Source: a virus
Taxonomy: Duplodnaviria > Caudoviricetes
Strand: one strand, 5' to 3'
Length of the DNA: 64,000 nt
IMG/VR virus record: IMGVR_UViG_3300014204_000112
Location: 96,001 to 160,000 of that record
Shown piece after piece: positions 1 through 10,579 of the stretch (positions are counted from its first letter, which is position 1; every line of letters starts with the position of its first letter). The position numbers and the translations under genes were made by a program. The notes below the pieces were generated by a model, which was not told the origin of the DNA, searched no databases, and was given only the letters and a program-made list of their open reading frames with translations.

Positions 1-1079
1 TTGAGGAATACTCGATAGATTTCCTTGAAGTTCGGGTTCGATTCGATTATTTGAGTCACTCTTGCATCGTTCACCAATCCGAAATTAACGTTGAAGTCAT
101 CTCGTTGTAGGAATTCAGGTATTTGAATGTCAAGGTCACGATACTTTTCTCCGAACTCCTTTATGAATTCTAAGTAAATGTGATTGACCAAGGAAATGTA
201 CTTTTCTTCGTATGTTTCTCCTGCGACCTTGATTCCTCTAAGTTCGCTGAGCGAGTACTGTTCAATGAAGTTCATTAGGTCGATCACGATGATCCAGATG
301 TAGTCATCGCTTTTCTTTTGGTTCTTGTCGCTGGCCCTTGCCTTAGCGTTAGCTTGAAAAGCTGGGTCGACCAGTTTCGCTAGGAATACTGGATCCTCAG
401 TTTTCTTACCTTCCTCGTAGAACCTGAAAACGATTCCCTCAATGTCCTTGTCCAAAGAATCACGAAGGAATGTTGCTTCCATTTTCGGATTAAGGACTGA
501 CATGATGTACTTCGTGAACGAAACTGTCTTGAACTTTTCGACAAGTTCGTCGAATGGAGTGTAAACGAATTCCTGAATTTTCTTCTTCTGTTCGTCCGTA
601 AGTTTTCCCTGGAAAATGATTGGCGGTCTTTCGATTCCCAATAGGTCAGCCCATTTGTTCAATTCGTCCCTGCTCTGAACTGTTTCGGAAATATTTCCTC
701 CAGCGTTCAAAATGTGGATGTAACTTAGAATGAGCTTGTTCTTTGGTAACCTATCGTACGCTATCACCTGAGCTTTCTTGTCAGCAAAGTACTCCATCCC
801 GAACATGTACTGAACTGGAATCTTTTCGATAGTTTCCGGCGAGAGACTTTCGAAGTACTGAACTGCCGGTTCGAAATAACGACTTAGAACTCTATCGATG
901 TACGAGAGCTCGCCGTTACGTTTGAAGTACTGGAATTTTGATGAGTTAGGATCAAGTTTCACGCCAAAGAAGGCTCCGTCCATCTTCTCATTAATGATGA
1001 CGGATTTATTAAGGAGATTCTCTATGAATGCCTTACCTTGCTTGTCTAAAACGTCCTTTAAGTGCGATAGTCCTGGCAT
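1..1079 (-). CDS. ATP-dependent RNA ligase-like nucleotidyltransferase (3' end runs off window)
   Basis: Not in ORF track. Manual translation MPGLSHLKDVLDKQGK...NEKMDGAFFG (KxDG motif I)...FGMEYF...DIEGIVFRF (motif IV)...FLAKLVD (motif V). Confidence 0.7.
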   Translation of the reverse strand, partial: MPGLSHLKDVLDKQGKAFIENLLNKSVIINEKMDGAFFGVKLDPNSSKFQYFKRNGELSYIDRVLSRYFEPAVQYFESLSPETIEKIPVQYMFGMEYFADKKAQVIAYDRLPKNKLILSYIHILNAGGNISETVQSRDELNKWADLLGIERPPIIFQGKLTDEQKKKIQEFVYTPFDELVEKFKTVSFTKYIMSVLNPKMEATFLRDSLDKDIEGIVFRFYEEGKKTEDPVFLAKLVDPAFQANAKARASDKNQKKSDDYIWIIVIDLMNFIEQYSLSELRGIKVAGETYEEKYISLVNHIYLEFIKEFGEKYRDLDIQIPEFLQRDDFNVNFGLVNDARVTQIIESNPNFKEIYRVFL

Positions 1080-1091
1080 AATCTTTATTTT

Positions 1092-1646
1092 TTAGTCTAA
1101 CGGACCGAATTTTCCGCTGCTCATTGCCTGGCCGAAATCACGTTTTCCATGAGAATCGAGGCTGATACTTATGTGAGTTATCTTTTCTCCAATCTCAGGA
1201 TTTGCTTCCAAGTACGAAATCAGTTCTTCAGGTTTGATGTCTTGCGATGTTGTGCTTCCACCCTCTGCTGCCAGGAGTTTTTCAATTTCGTTGTACCTTA
1301 ATTCTCGTCCACTTGCTTGCCAAATGTAGAAAGTCACTTCCTTCTGATTGCCTTCCTTGTAATAGCTCTTGTAGAATTCGTCTATCTTCAAGAGCTCGTC
1401 GGAAATCTGCTCGAACGCCTGTTCGGGTCCAACTTCCTTAATGATTCCTGGCCGATCGGAAATGATTGTTGCAACATGCGAAGCATGCCCGTGAATGTCC
1501 GCTGGATAGTGGATAGTTTGCAATTTTGGACAGAGACCGATGATAGTTTGCAAGTCTGCTAAAAACTCAGTTGCAGGTTTTCCCTTGAATGGGGTTTCTA
1601 TCGATTCGTTGATCTCGGAAAAGTTCTTTACGAATTTCTTAAGCAT
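1092..1646 (-). CDS. hypothetical protein
   Basis: 184 aa ORF; TAAATA motif upstream. Confidence 0.7.
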   Translation of the reverse strand: MLKKFVKNFSEINESIETPFKGKPATEFLADLQTIIGLCPKLQTIHYPADIHGHASHVATIISDRPGIIKEVGPEQAFEQISDELLKIDEFYKSYYKEGNQKEVTFYIWQASGRELRYNEIEKLLAAEGGSTTSQDIKPEELISYLEANPEIGEKITHISISLDSHGKRDFGQAMSSGKFGPLD

Positions 1647-1665
1647 TACCGTTTGACAATTTTTG

Positions 1666-2325
1666 TTATTTATTAGGCGGAATACCTAAAAGCCTATAAC
1701 ATTCGGCTGTGAATGCCACATCCGAGTCATCGTTGAATCTCTGTGTGGTCTCGTTAAAAGTGTTTGTGATGAAACTTAAGCTGTTGTTTCGATGCTGATT
1801 CGATAAGAATTCCACTCCGAAATCGAGAAAATGCCCGAGCTGATGGTACTCTTCTTCGGTTGAATGAGCTCCATCGAACATGTCCTTTCCGCGATTGTCG
1901 TTAGTTTGCCGATCTACCGCGATGACGATTGTCTTGCAATTCTGATAAAGTTCGGAACTGAGGAGCGCTCGGTACTCGTCTCTTGCGCGATTCGGAGTCA
2001 ATCGATTTCGCAATACTGCCCATGCATAAGCTGAGATGATTGCCCTGTCGAAGATCCAAGTATGTCCTTGGTACTGAGGGCGTAGGTTCATTTCCATGAT
2101 GGACATGATGTTTCCCAAGCTAAAATAATGTAGGGCCGGAGTTGCATCGAGATCTTGCAATCCCAACGTTTTTATGTGGTTTGCGAAATAGAACTTGTAG
2201 TACTCAACTCCGAAGAATACTGGATCCAACGGATACTGTTTCTGTTGTTCTTTTAACTTCGCTAGGAAGTTCTCGATGAGATAAGTTTTGCCACATGAGC
2301 GTGGACCTTCTACGAATAGTATCAT
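1666..2325 (-). CDS. P-loop nucleotide/polynucleotide kinase (dNMP-kinase-like)
   Basis: N-terminal EGPRSCGKT Walker A; IFDR motif. Confidence 0.7.
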   Translation of the reverse strand: MILFVEGPRSCGKTYLIENFLAKLKEQQKQYPLDPVFFGVEYYKFYFANHIKTLGLQDLDATPALHYFSLGNIMSIMEMNLRPQYQGHTWIFDRAIISAYAWAVLRNRLTPNRARDEYRALLSSELYQNCKTIVIAVDRQTNDNRGKDMFDGAHSTEEEYHQLGHFLDFGVEFLSNQHRNNSLSFITNTFNETTQRFNDDSDVAFTAECYRLLGIPPNK

Positions 2326-2858
2326 GTCAAACGAATTCTTTCTGGTTTTCCGAGGTGCCGTATGATTTCGATTGCGGGCAGTGGCAGCTCGAAGATCTTT
2401 GTCTTGTCCACGAAAAATATTGTAACTTGCAATTTTGAACCGCTAAGGACCGTAGCGTACTTTGTTAGTTCGGATATTGAGTCCTCGTAAATGGTAACGC
2501 TTTCGATGGTAGGGTTTTCGGAAAGGATTTGCTTCAGAACGTCCGCTTTATCTCCGTCCCTTTCGCAGAAGAACACTTCCGTGAAGTTGCAACCCTGTTC
2601 GGAAAGCAATCGTAATACTTGTTCCTTGTTCACCAATTTTCGGTGAGTGATCAAGTAATTCGGATTTCCGTTCAATCTGGTCTTTTCGACAACGTTCTCG
2701 ATTGCCGGAATGTGAAAGTCCGGAGATAATGACCTTTCCGAATCGTACCACTCGTACATGGTCTTGCCTTTCGGCTCTAACGAGGCGAAGTTCTGAGTTC
2801 TGAACATCGTGTCGTCAAAATCGAATATGTTAATGTGTTTTGGGTTGTTCATCTTCAA
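2322..2858 (-). CDS. HAD phosphatase, Swiss-Army-Knife RNA-repair-like
   Basis: IFDFDDTMF motif I, LITHR motif II, IYEDS motif IV. Confidence 0.65.
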   Translation of the reverse strand: MKMNNPKHINIFDFDDTMFRTQNFASLEPKGKTMYEWYDSERSLSPDFHIPAIENVVEKTRLNGNPNYLITHRKLVNKEQVLRLLSEQGCNFTEVFFCERDGDKADVLKQILSENPTIESVTIYEDSISELTKYATVLSGSKLQVTIFFVDKTKIFELPLPAIEIIRHLGKPERIRLT

Positions 2859-3201
2859 GCAGATATGTTGTTTCTGGTGTTACTACTGTTATTCGTTCCT
2901 GAAATAGCTGAACTCTCAAAATTTCTCCGAGAGCTAAGGCCTTCTTTAGAATCTGCTCTTCTGTTCTTGGAAATCTCGAATAGTTAATATATCCAACAAT
3001 CACTCTAGGTTCCCAACCATTTATGTATCGAAATTCAGTTGGAGTGATTGACACGCAATCTCCTAGACCTCTATCGTCCAATGTATTGACGAACTTGTTG
3101 CAGATTTCTCGAACTTTCTCTATTGGGTGAATGTATTCACCGTATCCAGATCGAAGGCCGACCCAAATTTGAAGATTGAACGATTTCTCAGTTCTCATCA
3201 T
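2830..3201 (-). CDS. hypothetical protein
   Basis: 123 aa ORF overlapping the downstream gene. Confidence 0.65.
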   Translation of the reverse strand: MMRTEKSFNLQIWVGLRSGYGEYIHPIEKVREICNKFVNTLDDRGLGDCVSITPTEFRYINGWEPRVIVGYINYSRFPRTEEQILKKALALGEILRVQLFQERITVVTPETTYLLEDEQPKTH

Positions 3202-3263
3202 TATAGTTTACTTCTTCTACTGATAAATAACATAGTAGTTTAACAATATCACACAAATTTCGC

Positions 3264-3734
3264 ATGGACAGATCGCTAAGACGCTCACGAGAATACGATG
3301 GCAATAGGTATCACCTTATCAGGGACTGCGTTCAGCAGCAAAAGCCTTTCGCCATATACAATTTTACGTCAATGAAGCAGTACAACGAGTTCCTGAACGA
3401 TCTGGACACGTTCGAAAAGCTCAATTACGTGATCCAAACGATCACTTCGCTGTCCAAGATCGAACAGAGAATTCGAATGGTGTACCCAAGCATCTTCGTT
3501 ACTAACGAGGGAACCGCAGTATCGCTCGACGAGTTCAAGGAAATCATCAAAGGTTCGTTAGCTCACTACAATTTAGACTCGATTGTATGCCTGTACGACG
3601 GAGCAGTCTCAGTTTTCTATCGTAACGGTGACCACCACACCATCGGTAACACCATTTACGGAAGTAACCAGATCAACGAATTCCAAAGCGATTTTTATCA
3701 GATAGAAAGCATCTATTACACCTTCCTGACGTAA
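3264..3734 (+). CDS. hypothetical protein
   Basis: 156 aa ORF after GATAAATA motif. Confidence 0.7.
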   Translation: MDRSLRRSREYDGNRYHLIRDCVQQQKPFAIYNFTSMKQYNEFLNDLDTFEKLNYVIQTITSLSKIEQRIRMVYPSIFVTNEGTAVSLDEFKEIIKGSLAHYNLDSIVCLYDGAVSVFYRNGDHHTIGNTIYGSNQINEFQSDFYQIESIYYTFLT

Positions 3735-3766
3735 AACTTCCACTTAGTTTTAGGTAAAATACTAAG

Positions 3767-4207
3767 ATGGAAGAGGAAAAACCAAAAAGAACGTTAGCTG
3801 AGGTCTTTCGTGACAAGCGAGAGTCATTCTCAGGAGAAATACAGACTGGGATTAAGCTTTTGAGCAACATCAAGAACATTCCGGATGTCCAGGTCACATT
3901 TTTGAGCATGAGACAGCGGCTTCTTGAAGAAAATCACACCCTCTTGGAGCATTTCACTCAGTTGAAGAAGCGGTATCGTGAAAAGAAGGGAGAAGAGTGG
4001 GCTGACGCATCAAAAATCGGGCAAATTCGTTACCAGTCGACCGAAAAGGCGACAATTGTTGACGGAAAGACCGCAGAATTACGAGAAAGGCTAGAACAGT
4101 TAGAAAATCAGATAAAATTCTACTCGGAGTCCATCACGACGGTGGATTCGGTTCTCTGGGGCATAAAAGACCGTATTGCCGCACAGAAAATCCTCGACGG
4201 CAGTTAA
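3767..4207 (+). CDS. UvsY-like recombination mediator (putative)
   Basis: 146 aa helical protein directly upstream of UvsW; C-terminal WGIKDRI resembles the UvsY end. Confidence 0.5.
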   Translation: MEEEKPKRTLAEVFRDKRESFSGEIQTGIKLLSNIKNIPDVQVTFLSMRQRLLEENHTLLEHFTQLKKRYREKKGEEWADASKIGQIRYQSTEKATIVDGKTAELRERLEQLENQIKFYSESITTVDSVLWGIKDRIAAQKILDGS

Positions 4208-4222
4208 AATCATCGACTATGC

Positions 4223-5812
4223 TTGCTAATATTTGACGTAGCTGCGGACAAGCAGCACCTTCAGTTGGTACATCACGATACTCGTGGTGAATTAAAGGAT
4301 CTGCAGCTTTATTTCAAGAAAAGGCAACAGGGTTACTTCCACAACATACTTTACAAGCGTAAGTTATGGGACGGTTACGATAAGTTCATCGATGATCAAC
4401 ACCGAATAGGCATTGGGCTATGGAGAGAAGTCTATTACTTCGGCGAGAAGTACGATTACGAGGTAGAAATTCGTGGTCTCGATGGTCTTCTCAACTTAGA
4501 ATTCACCAAGGACAAATCCGATAAGTTCGCATCCGTCATGCTCGACGGAACCAACCCGCAAATAGAAGCTTACGATTACCAGCTAGAAGCGCTCCATCGT
4601 GGACTAAAGTACAAGTTCTGTGCTCAGGAATTGGCCACCTCAGCAGGTAAGACTCTCATCTTCTTCCTTTACCTTTCGTTCCTAAAGCGAAAAGGAATCA
4701 TATCGAAAGATAAGAAGGCAATCCTTATCGTTCCGAAAGTTTCGTTGGTGAATCAGACAGCTGATGCTTTCGAAACGGAATACCAAACAGGATTGGTCAA
4801 TTGGAATATTCATAGGATCGGAGGTAAGAACGAATTCTCGGAAAAGAAATTCGCCGAATGCGATTTGGTCATCACGACTTACCAGAGCGTAATCTTAGAC
4901 GACGGGACTCCACCGAAGAGAGGAAAGAAGAAAATAGAACGACGTACTAAGCCAGAGTTCTTCAAGAACTTCAGCGTAATTTGCATAGACGAAGCTCATA
5001 CTAGCCGAGGAGATTCGATTCGAAACATTCTTTTGGCCAGCACGAATGCTGAGTACAAGCTCGGACTTTCTGGAACCATTCAGATCGAAGAACAGTTCTC
5101 GGACTTCTTCAAGATTCAAGAATACCTTGGGCCTTTGAGCATGAAGGTTAGGGCAAAGTTCCTAATGGACAACGATTATTCTGCGGACGTTCATGTAAAG
5201 ATGCTGAAGCTGAAGTACCCAAAGGACGAAGTGTTCGTTCAGAAGTACGCCGAGTTGAAAGCAATGGAAGTCAGGCCTCCAGGAAAGGTGATGTACGATA
5301 TGGAAAAAGAATTCATTATCTCGTACGAGCCAAGAATCAATTTCATCGCTAAGATGTGTGAGACTTTACCAGGAAACAAGCTTGTCCTTTTCATCAATGT
5401 CAAGGACAAGTACGGCCAGAGAATTCAAGATAAAATTCGCGAGACCAACGAAAAAGTTTACTACATCGATGGTGGAGTGAACGATGACGATCGAAGGGAT
5501 TACCGGGAAATCCTAGAAGCCAATACTGGCATAGTGTTGGTTGCTTCGTTCGGAACCTTTTCCACAGGTATCAACTTGAAAAACGTCAACTACATCATAT
5601 TCGCAGAAAGTTACAAGTCAGAAATCACGGTTCGCCAATCGATCGGTAGGGGAATGCGTAAGCTAAAAGGAAAGTACAAGATCACTATTTTGGATCTGGT
5701 CGACGATCTCGACGGTTACATAGTCAAGCACGGAAAGATCCGGGAAAAGATCTACAAGGAACAGGAATTCACGACATCTAAGCACGAATACGACCTGACT
5801 CCATTCAGATAA
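4223..5812 (+). CDS. uvsW: UvsW-like SF2 DNA helicase
   Basis: ATSAGKT, IDEAH, GLSGT, FSTGINLKN, QSIGRGMR motifs. Confidence 0.9.
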   Translation: MLIFDVAADKQHLQLVHHDTRGELKDLQLYFKKRQQGYFHNILYKRKLWDGYDKFIDDQHRIGIGLWREVYYFGEKYDYEVEIRGLDGLLNLEFTKDKSDKFASVMLDGTNPQIEAYDYQLEALHRGLKYKFCAQELATSAGKTLIFFLYLSFLKRKGIISKDKKAILIVPKVSLVNQTADAFETEYQTGLVNWNIHRIGGKNEFSEKKFAECDLVITTYQSVILDDGTPPKRGKKKIERRTKPEFFKNFSVICIDEAHTSRGDSIRNILLASTNAEYKLGLSGTIQIEEQFSDFFKIQEYLGPLSMKVRAKFLMDNDYSADVHVKMLKLKYPKDEVFVQKYAELKAMEVRPPGKVMYDMEKEFIISYEPRINFIAKMCETLPGNKLVLFINVKDKYGQRIQDKIRETNEKVYYIDGGVNDDDRRDYREILEANTGIVLVASFGTFSTGINLKNVNYIIFAESYKSEITVRQSIGRGMRKLKGKYKITILDLVDDLDGYIVKHGKIREKIYKEQEFTTSKHEYDLTPFR

Positions 5813-5813
5813 G

Positions 5814-6194
5814 TTAGCCCTTATGCTTGCTTATTTCTATAGCCTGTAATTGTTTCATGGCTTTTTCCTTACTTAGGTGAGTGCCTAATACCTTTTTTCC
5901 GGACTTATCTAAAACGACCCACTTGTTACCGCGCTTACGAACCATTTCGTTCATAACGAAACTATCGAATGATTCGACTATTTGCTGAGCCGGAACCGAC
6001 TGAGTTTGCTGAATCGGTTGGTTAGCGACAGCTTGAACAGGAGGTTGAGTACGTTTCAAAAGATCTGAAACTTTCGTTCGTATCAGGTCGAGCTTTTGCA
6101 TTTCTTCCTGAGTGAAGGTCTTTTCATTGAGATCTTCTTCGATTAACGAAACGTATGCTAAGAACGAATCAAGTTGGGTGTTGTCCATTATCAA
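5814..6194 (-). CDS. hypothetical protein
   Basis: C-terminal KWVVLDKSGKKVLGTHLSKEKAMKQLQAIEISK module common in large phages. Confidence 0.65.
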   Translation of the reverse strand: MIMDNTQLDSFLAYVSLIEEDLNEKTFTQEEMQKLDLIRTKVSDLLKRTQPPVQAVANQPIQQTQSVPAQQIVESFDSFVMNEMVRKRGNKWVVLDKSGKKVLGTHLSKEKAMKQLQAIEISKHKG

Positions 6195-6790
6195 ATTGAT
6201 ATTTTTGATGCTATCACTATCCCTAGGATAAGTTTAGTGTAAATCAGTTGAAATTGATAGTAAGTTAAGATGATCTGGTACTCTTCTCTGTCTAGGCCGA
6301 CTAATCCCTTACCTAATGCTAGCTTTACCAGCTTGTTGATGACTTCGGTCAATTGAGCATGGCTTCTAACTAGGCCGCTTAGTATTTCACCAGACGTTGA
6401 ATAGCTTAGTCGAGTACGATTGTCCTGGATTTTGGAAGACCATTCTTCTGCGAAATTGACTCCATCCCTCTTCGTGAGAAGGTCCGTGGAATTGATCGCT
6501 TCGTCAATCACCTTAGTTGTATGATCGAGAGCCGTGATCTTTTCTGCTATCTCGTTAAGCCAGTTCAACTCCTGTTCGAATATCATGATGGTCATTGAAC
6601 TTTGGTCGGTCTCGTAAACGAACTTAAGTAATTTAGGATCAACTGTTTGAGTAGGATAAGGCGAATCATCAGCAGCCATTGGTTTGAACAGATCGCCTGC
6701 TTCAACTTGAAATTCATTGAACGGGAAGTTTTCAAGGAAGGGGTACTTTCTCTGCACTACGTACGCCTGTTTACTCACAGAAGTGATCAT
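6191..6790 (-). CDS. hypothetical protein
   Basis: 199 aa ORF after TAAATA motif. Confidence 0.7.
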   Translation of the reverse strand: MITSVSKQAYVVQRKYPFLENFPFNEFQVEAGDLFKPMAADDSPYPTQTVDPKLLKFVYETDQSSMTIMIFEQELNWLNEIAEKITALDHTTKVIDEAINSTDLLTKRDGVNFAEEWSSKIQDNRTRLSYSTSGEILSGLVRSHAQLTEVINKLVKLALGKGLVGLDREEYQIILTYYQFQLIYTKLILGIVIASKISI

Positions 6791-6861
6791 TTGGTCAGTC
6801 TTTTTTTCTTATTTATTTAGTACATTAAAACTTAAATTGGATTCACTTATACAATACCAGT

Positions 6862-8361
6862 ATGAATCAAACGTTAGAACAACAGATAAAGTCATTGGAT
6901 TTGAAGCAGAACGCTATCAAGATTCTCATCAACTCCTTCTACGGTGCGTTCGGCAACCGGTATTTTTACTTCCATAATAACGACATAGCTCAGTCAATCA
7001 CCTTACAGGGACAGGACCTCATCAAGTTCTCGATCAAGGCAATCAATCATTACTTCATGAACATGTGGCATGTCGATACCGAACTTCACGAAAAGCTCGG
7101 CATTCTCGGTCGTCCAATTTCCAAGATCGAAAAGGAAGCAGCAATCTACACGGACACTGACTCCGTTTACTCGTGCATCGAGTATGCAATCAATTCGATT
7201 CAAAACGACCTTCAATTAACTGACGAACAGGCTTTTCAGTTCTGTTTGGACATCAATGCTTACAGGCTCCACGGTTACTTTGAACGCTGTTTCGAAAAGT
7301 ACGCTCAGCACTTTAACACGAAGAATCGTCAGAATTTCGAGCTAGAAAACATATCTCGTGCAGGAATTTGGGTCGCAAAGAAAAAATACGTTCTCGAAGT
7401 TGTATCGAAAGGAACCAAGCTTCTTCCGAAACCGTACCTAATGATCAAGGGACTCGAAGCTGTTCAATCCTCATATCCTATTTGGGCACGTCAGAACTTG
7501 CAGAAAATTTACTGGATCCTTCTGGCAAAGGGATACGATCTCGATCTCGAAAGGGATCTCATTCCAGTAATGAAGGAAATGAAAGCCGAGATGGAGACAA
7601 TGCCCATCGATGAAATCGCTTTCAACTTCTCAGTTCGGGTTTACGAGGAACACCTACGAAGCTTACTACCATTGGTGATGGAAAAAGGAATGCCGATTTA
7701 TGGTCGTGCCTCTGCCTACCACAATCACGTAATACAGAAAACGAACAACCTGAAATATCCGTTCATTCGTAGCGGTTCCAAGATAAAGTTCTACTATGCA
7801 GCACATAATGAATACGATTTCGACGTGTTCGCATATGCACCTGGAGCCTTTCCTGAATTCGCAATGCCGATCGATCGTGAACACCAATTCTTCCGCCTAA
7901 TCGTGGAACCGATCAACAAATTGTTACTCGCAATAGGTTTCAGCGAACTTAGTTCGAAGCTTGCACGACACGTAGAAGTAATAAAATCAAGAAGCAGAAC
8001 TAAAGCTTTCACTGATGACGAGATCTATCCTCTGTACGTTGTGAACTCCGAAACTCTTGATTTCACGCCAATTCCCGAAAGCGTTCAGCATTTAGTTGGC
8101 CATCCGGAAATTGACATTCCGCCCGAGTTATTCCCTACCTTCATATCTTCGATTTCAATGTACGGTCTCTCGACCGTGATCGTTCCAAAACATGAACTTC
8201 AAAAGTACCGTGAACGTATCGCAAAGAAAAAAGGAATGACGATAACCGATCCATTCGAAATACCATACGAACTTTCTGGCATTATATCGACAAGATCGAA
8301 ACGAAAAACAAGAAACGCTCAAGCCGAGAATCGACTTCTGGACGAAACGAGGTCTGAGTGA
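6862..8361 (+). CDS. family B DNA polymerase, C-terminal subunit (split gp43B-like)
   Basis: KILINSFYGAFGN (motif B), ITLQGQ, YTDTDS (motif C), KKKY; no exonuclease domain or motif A. Confidence 0.85.
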   Translation: MNQTLEQQIKSLDLKQNAIKILINSFYGAFGNRYFYFHNNDIAQSITLQGQDLIKFSIKAINHYFMNMWHVDTELHEKLGILGRPISKIEKEAAIYTDTDSVYSCIEYAINSIQNDLQLTDEQAFQFCLDINAYRLHGYFERCFEKYAQHFNTKNRQNFELENISRAGIWVAKKKYVLEVVSKGTKLLPKPYLMIKGLEAVQSSYPIWARQNLQKIYWILLAKGYDLDLERDLIPVMKEMKAEMETMPIDEIAFNFSVRVYEEHLRSLLPLVMEKGMPIYGRASAYHNHVIQKTNNLKYPFIRSGSKIKFYYAAHNEYDFDVFAYAPGAFPEFAMPIDREHQFFRLIVEPINKLLLAIGFSELSSKLARHVEVIKSRSRTKAFTDDEIYPLYVVNSETLDFTPIPESVQHLVGHPEIDIPPELFPTFISSISMYGLSTVIVPKHELQKYRERIAKKKGMTITDPFEIPYELSGIISTRSKRKTRNAQAENRLLDETRSE

Positions 8362-8377
8362 ACAAGAAAACAATATT

Positions 8378-8653
8378 ATGAGTACTCAACATGAAATAGC
8401 CATCGATGTGATAAATGACCACATCTTTAGTAGTGAACCGTTTTCGTATGAGGAAGTTACAGAAGAGATAGTGGAAAAGGGCGGTATTCTCCGAGTTTCA
8501 ATTGGGGTTACAATTGGAATGTATTTGAAGAAATTAGTAATGCTGAAGGTCATTTCATTTGATCCCAATACTTCAACATTTAAAGCCACTAAACCTGAGC
8601 ATATTTTAGCTTGCAAAGGGCCAAGAACAAAGAAGCAAACACGGCGGGTATAA
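8378..8653 (+). CDS. hypothetical protein (AT-rich)
   Basis: 91 aa ORF. Confidence 0.5.
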   Translation: MSTQHEIAIDVINDHIFSSEPFSYEEVTEEIVEKGGILRVSIGVTIGMYLKKLVMLKVISFDPNTSTFKATKPEHILACKGPRTKKQTRRV

Positions 8654-8755
8654 CTACAAAAGCTGCGTACAACAGAGCCATGAAGATCTTGCAAAAGAAA
8701 CTGACCAATGCCGTACACTCAGGAAGAGATACAAGAACAGGTAGAATTGTAATAA

Positions 8756-9877
8756 ATGCAAAGAGAAGAAGTCGTACAGTTCATTAGGGTCGTTCTCGCC
8801 AAACGATTTCACGATAGTTTTGAGAAGCAGAAGATAGACGATTCTAACGATCGTAAATTGAACTTCGCTTGTCCTATCTGCGGCGACTCGCATAAAAAGG
8901 CTTCAAAGAAACGAGGAAATCTCTATTTCGATACGGAAGCTTACAAGTGCTTCAACAACGGGTGCATGGCATACATGTCTCTCGGAGAGTTCGTAGCAAA
9001 AATGAGTCGCGAACTCGGCATCATGCTTCCGAGCTTCGTTGCTGAGATCGATTACAAGCCCACAAAAATAAAGAGGACTGAAAATCCATTCCTTCGATTC
9101 ATGACATCCGACACCAGCGAATTCATCACCATTTCCGAAGTCATCAATCGTTTCAACTTAGTTCGTTTGGACCAGACAGAAGAGCATACGAATGCATTGT
9201 CCTACATCAAGGGCAGGAACCTTCACCTCATAGACGATTACGGGGACTTCTTGTACACTGACAATTCTGACAATAAGATACTTATCTTCAACTTCGACCG
9301 GCGATCTGGGAAGCTCCTGGGATTCTCAATGAGGAGCCTCGACCCTAAGGCTGAACGCAAGTACATTATCAAATCGTACACGGACCTGGCAAACATATTC
9401 CTTCAGCGAGAAATCGACAAGGATCTCGTCGACGATGCGAACTACTTGAACAATTACTTCAACATTCTCAATGTGGATTTCAGCAAGCCGATATGCTTGA
9501 CCGAAGGTCAGTTCGATTCGATGTTCGTACGCAATTGCATAGCGACTACTGGCGTAACTAAAGCCAGAAGCATACTTCCATCCTTGGGAGCAAAGGCCGG
9601 AATTCGAATCCTATTCGATAAGGATAGGGGCGGAAAGGACGAAATGATGAACTTGATAAAGCAAGGTTACTCCGTTCTGTTATGGAATAAGATACTATCC
9701 TACCTTAAGAAGGTGTGCCAGACTGATTCGGAACTCATCCAGATAACCGAGATTAAGGACATCAATGATCTTTTCAATTTCCTTAAGGCTAGAAAGGCCG
9801 ATTACTCTATCAAGGAATTCAACGATTGGCTAGAACATTACTTCAGCGACAGCGTGTTCGACATCGCGTACCTTTAA
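8756..9877 (+). CDS. DNA primase (T4 gp61-like)
   Basis: CPICGDS...KCFNNGC zinc finger; TEGQFDS and FDKD TOPRIM motifs; KDIND. Confidence 0.85.
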   Translation: MQREEVVQFIRVVLAKRFHDSFEKQKIDDSNDRKLNFACPICGDSHKKASKKRGNLYFDTEAYKCFNNGCMAYMSLGEFVAKMSRELGIMLPSFVAEIDYKPTKIKRTENPFLRFMTSDTSEFITISEVINRFNLVRLDQTEEHTNALSYIKGRNLHLIDDYGDFLYTDNSDNKILIFNFDRRSGKLLGFSMRSLDPKAERKYIIKSYTDLANIFLQREIDKDLVDDANYLNNYFNILNVDFSKPICLTEGQFDSMFVRNCIATTGVTKARSILPSLGAKAGIRILFDKDRGGKDEMMNLIKQGYSVLLWNKILSYLKKVCQTDSELIQITEIKDINDLFNFLKARKADYSIKEFNDWLEHYFSDSVFDIAYL

Positions 9878-9916
9878 TTCCAAAGGTGATCATATAAATA
9901 ATCAAAATGATCACCT

Positions 9917-10579
9917 TTGGAATTTATGGTAAAGCTAACAACGGACATAAGTAAGTCCATTATTTCTGAATACTCAGAAAATACTTCCATTACTTTACGA
10001 GAATTAAGTTCAAAATACGGAATTCATCATGTTACTATTTCCGCATTTTTGAAGAAAAATGGTATTGCCATTAGGCGAACTGGCGCTAGAATAGGCCATC
10101 CTGTAAAAGAATCAACACGTCAGCTTTTTTCTAAATTGCATGCTGGTAATACATATACAGTAGGTCGTAAACAAACAAATTCCACCAAATTAAAAATTAT
10201 TGCTACTATGTGGAAGGTCGATTACTCGGCTCTTTTACAGTATCCAAATGCAAATAAAGTTAAGTTGATAATTCAGTGGATGAATTCAAGTAGAAATATG
10301 CTAAATTTCGAAATTTCAACCAGACTCACTTTTTTAGATCACTTTTATAAGGATGAATCTTTTAATAGAATTTGGGATATTTGGATCAAAAACGGTAAAA
10401 AGCAAGAATACAAACCAAGTATAGATCATAAAATTCCATACACTCGAGGTGGAACATGTGATTTTGCAAATCTGCAAATAATTACCTGGTTTGAAAATAG
10501 AGCAAAAGGTAATATGACAGAGTCTGAATGGGAGATTTTTAAGAAGGTAAATAACCTAAAATGCGATCTTTTTATATGA
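9917..10579 (+). CDS. HNH homing endonuclease
   Basis: SIDHKIPYTRGG...NLQIITWFENRAK; AT-rich; own TATAAATA promoter in a hairpin loop. Confidence 0.8.
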   Translation: MEFMVKLTTDISKSIISEYSENTSITLRELSSKYGIHHVTISAFLKKNGIAIRRTGARIGHPVKESTRQLFSKLHAGNTYTVGRKQTNSTKLKIIATMWKVDYSALLQYPNANKVKLIIQWMNSSRNMLNFEISTRLTFLDHFYKDESFNRIWDIWIKNGKKQEYKPSIDHKIPYTRGGTCDFANLQIITWFENRAKGNMTESEWEIFKKVNNLKCDLFI

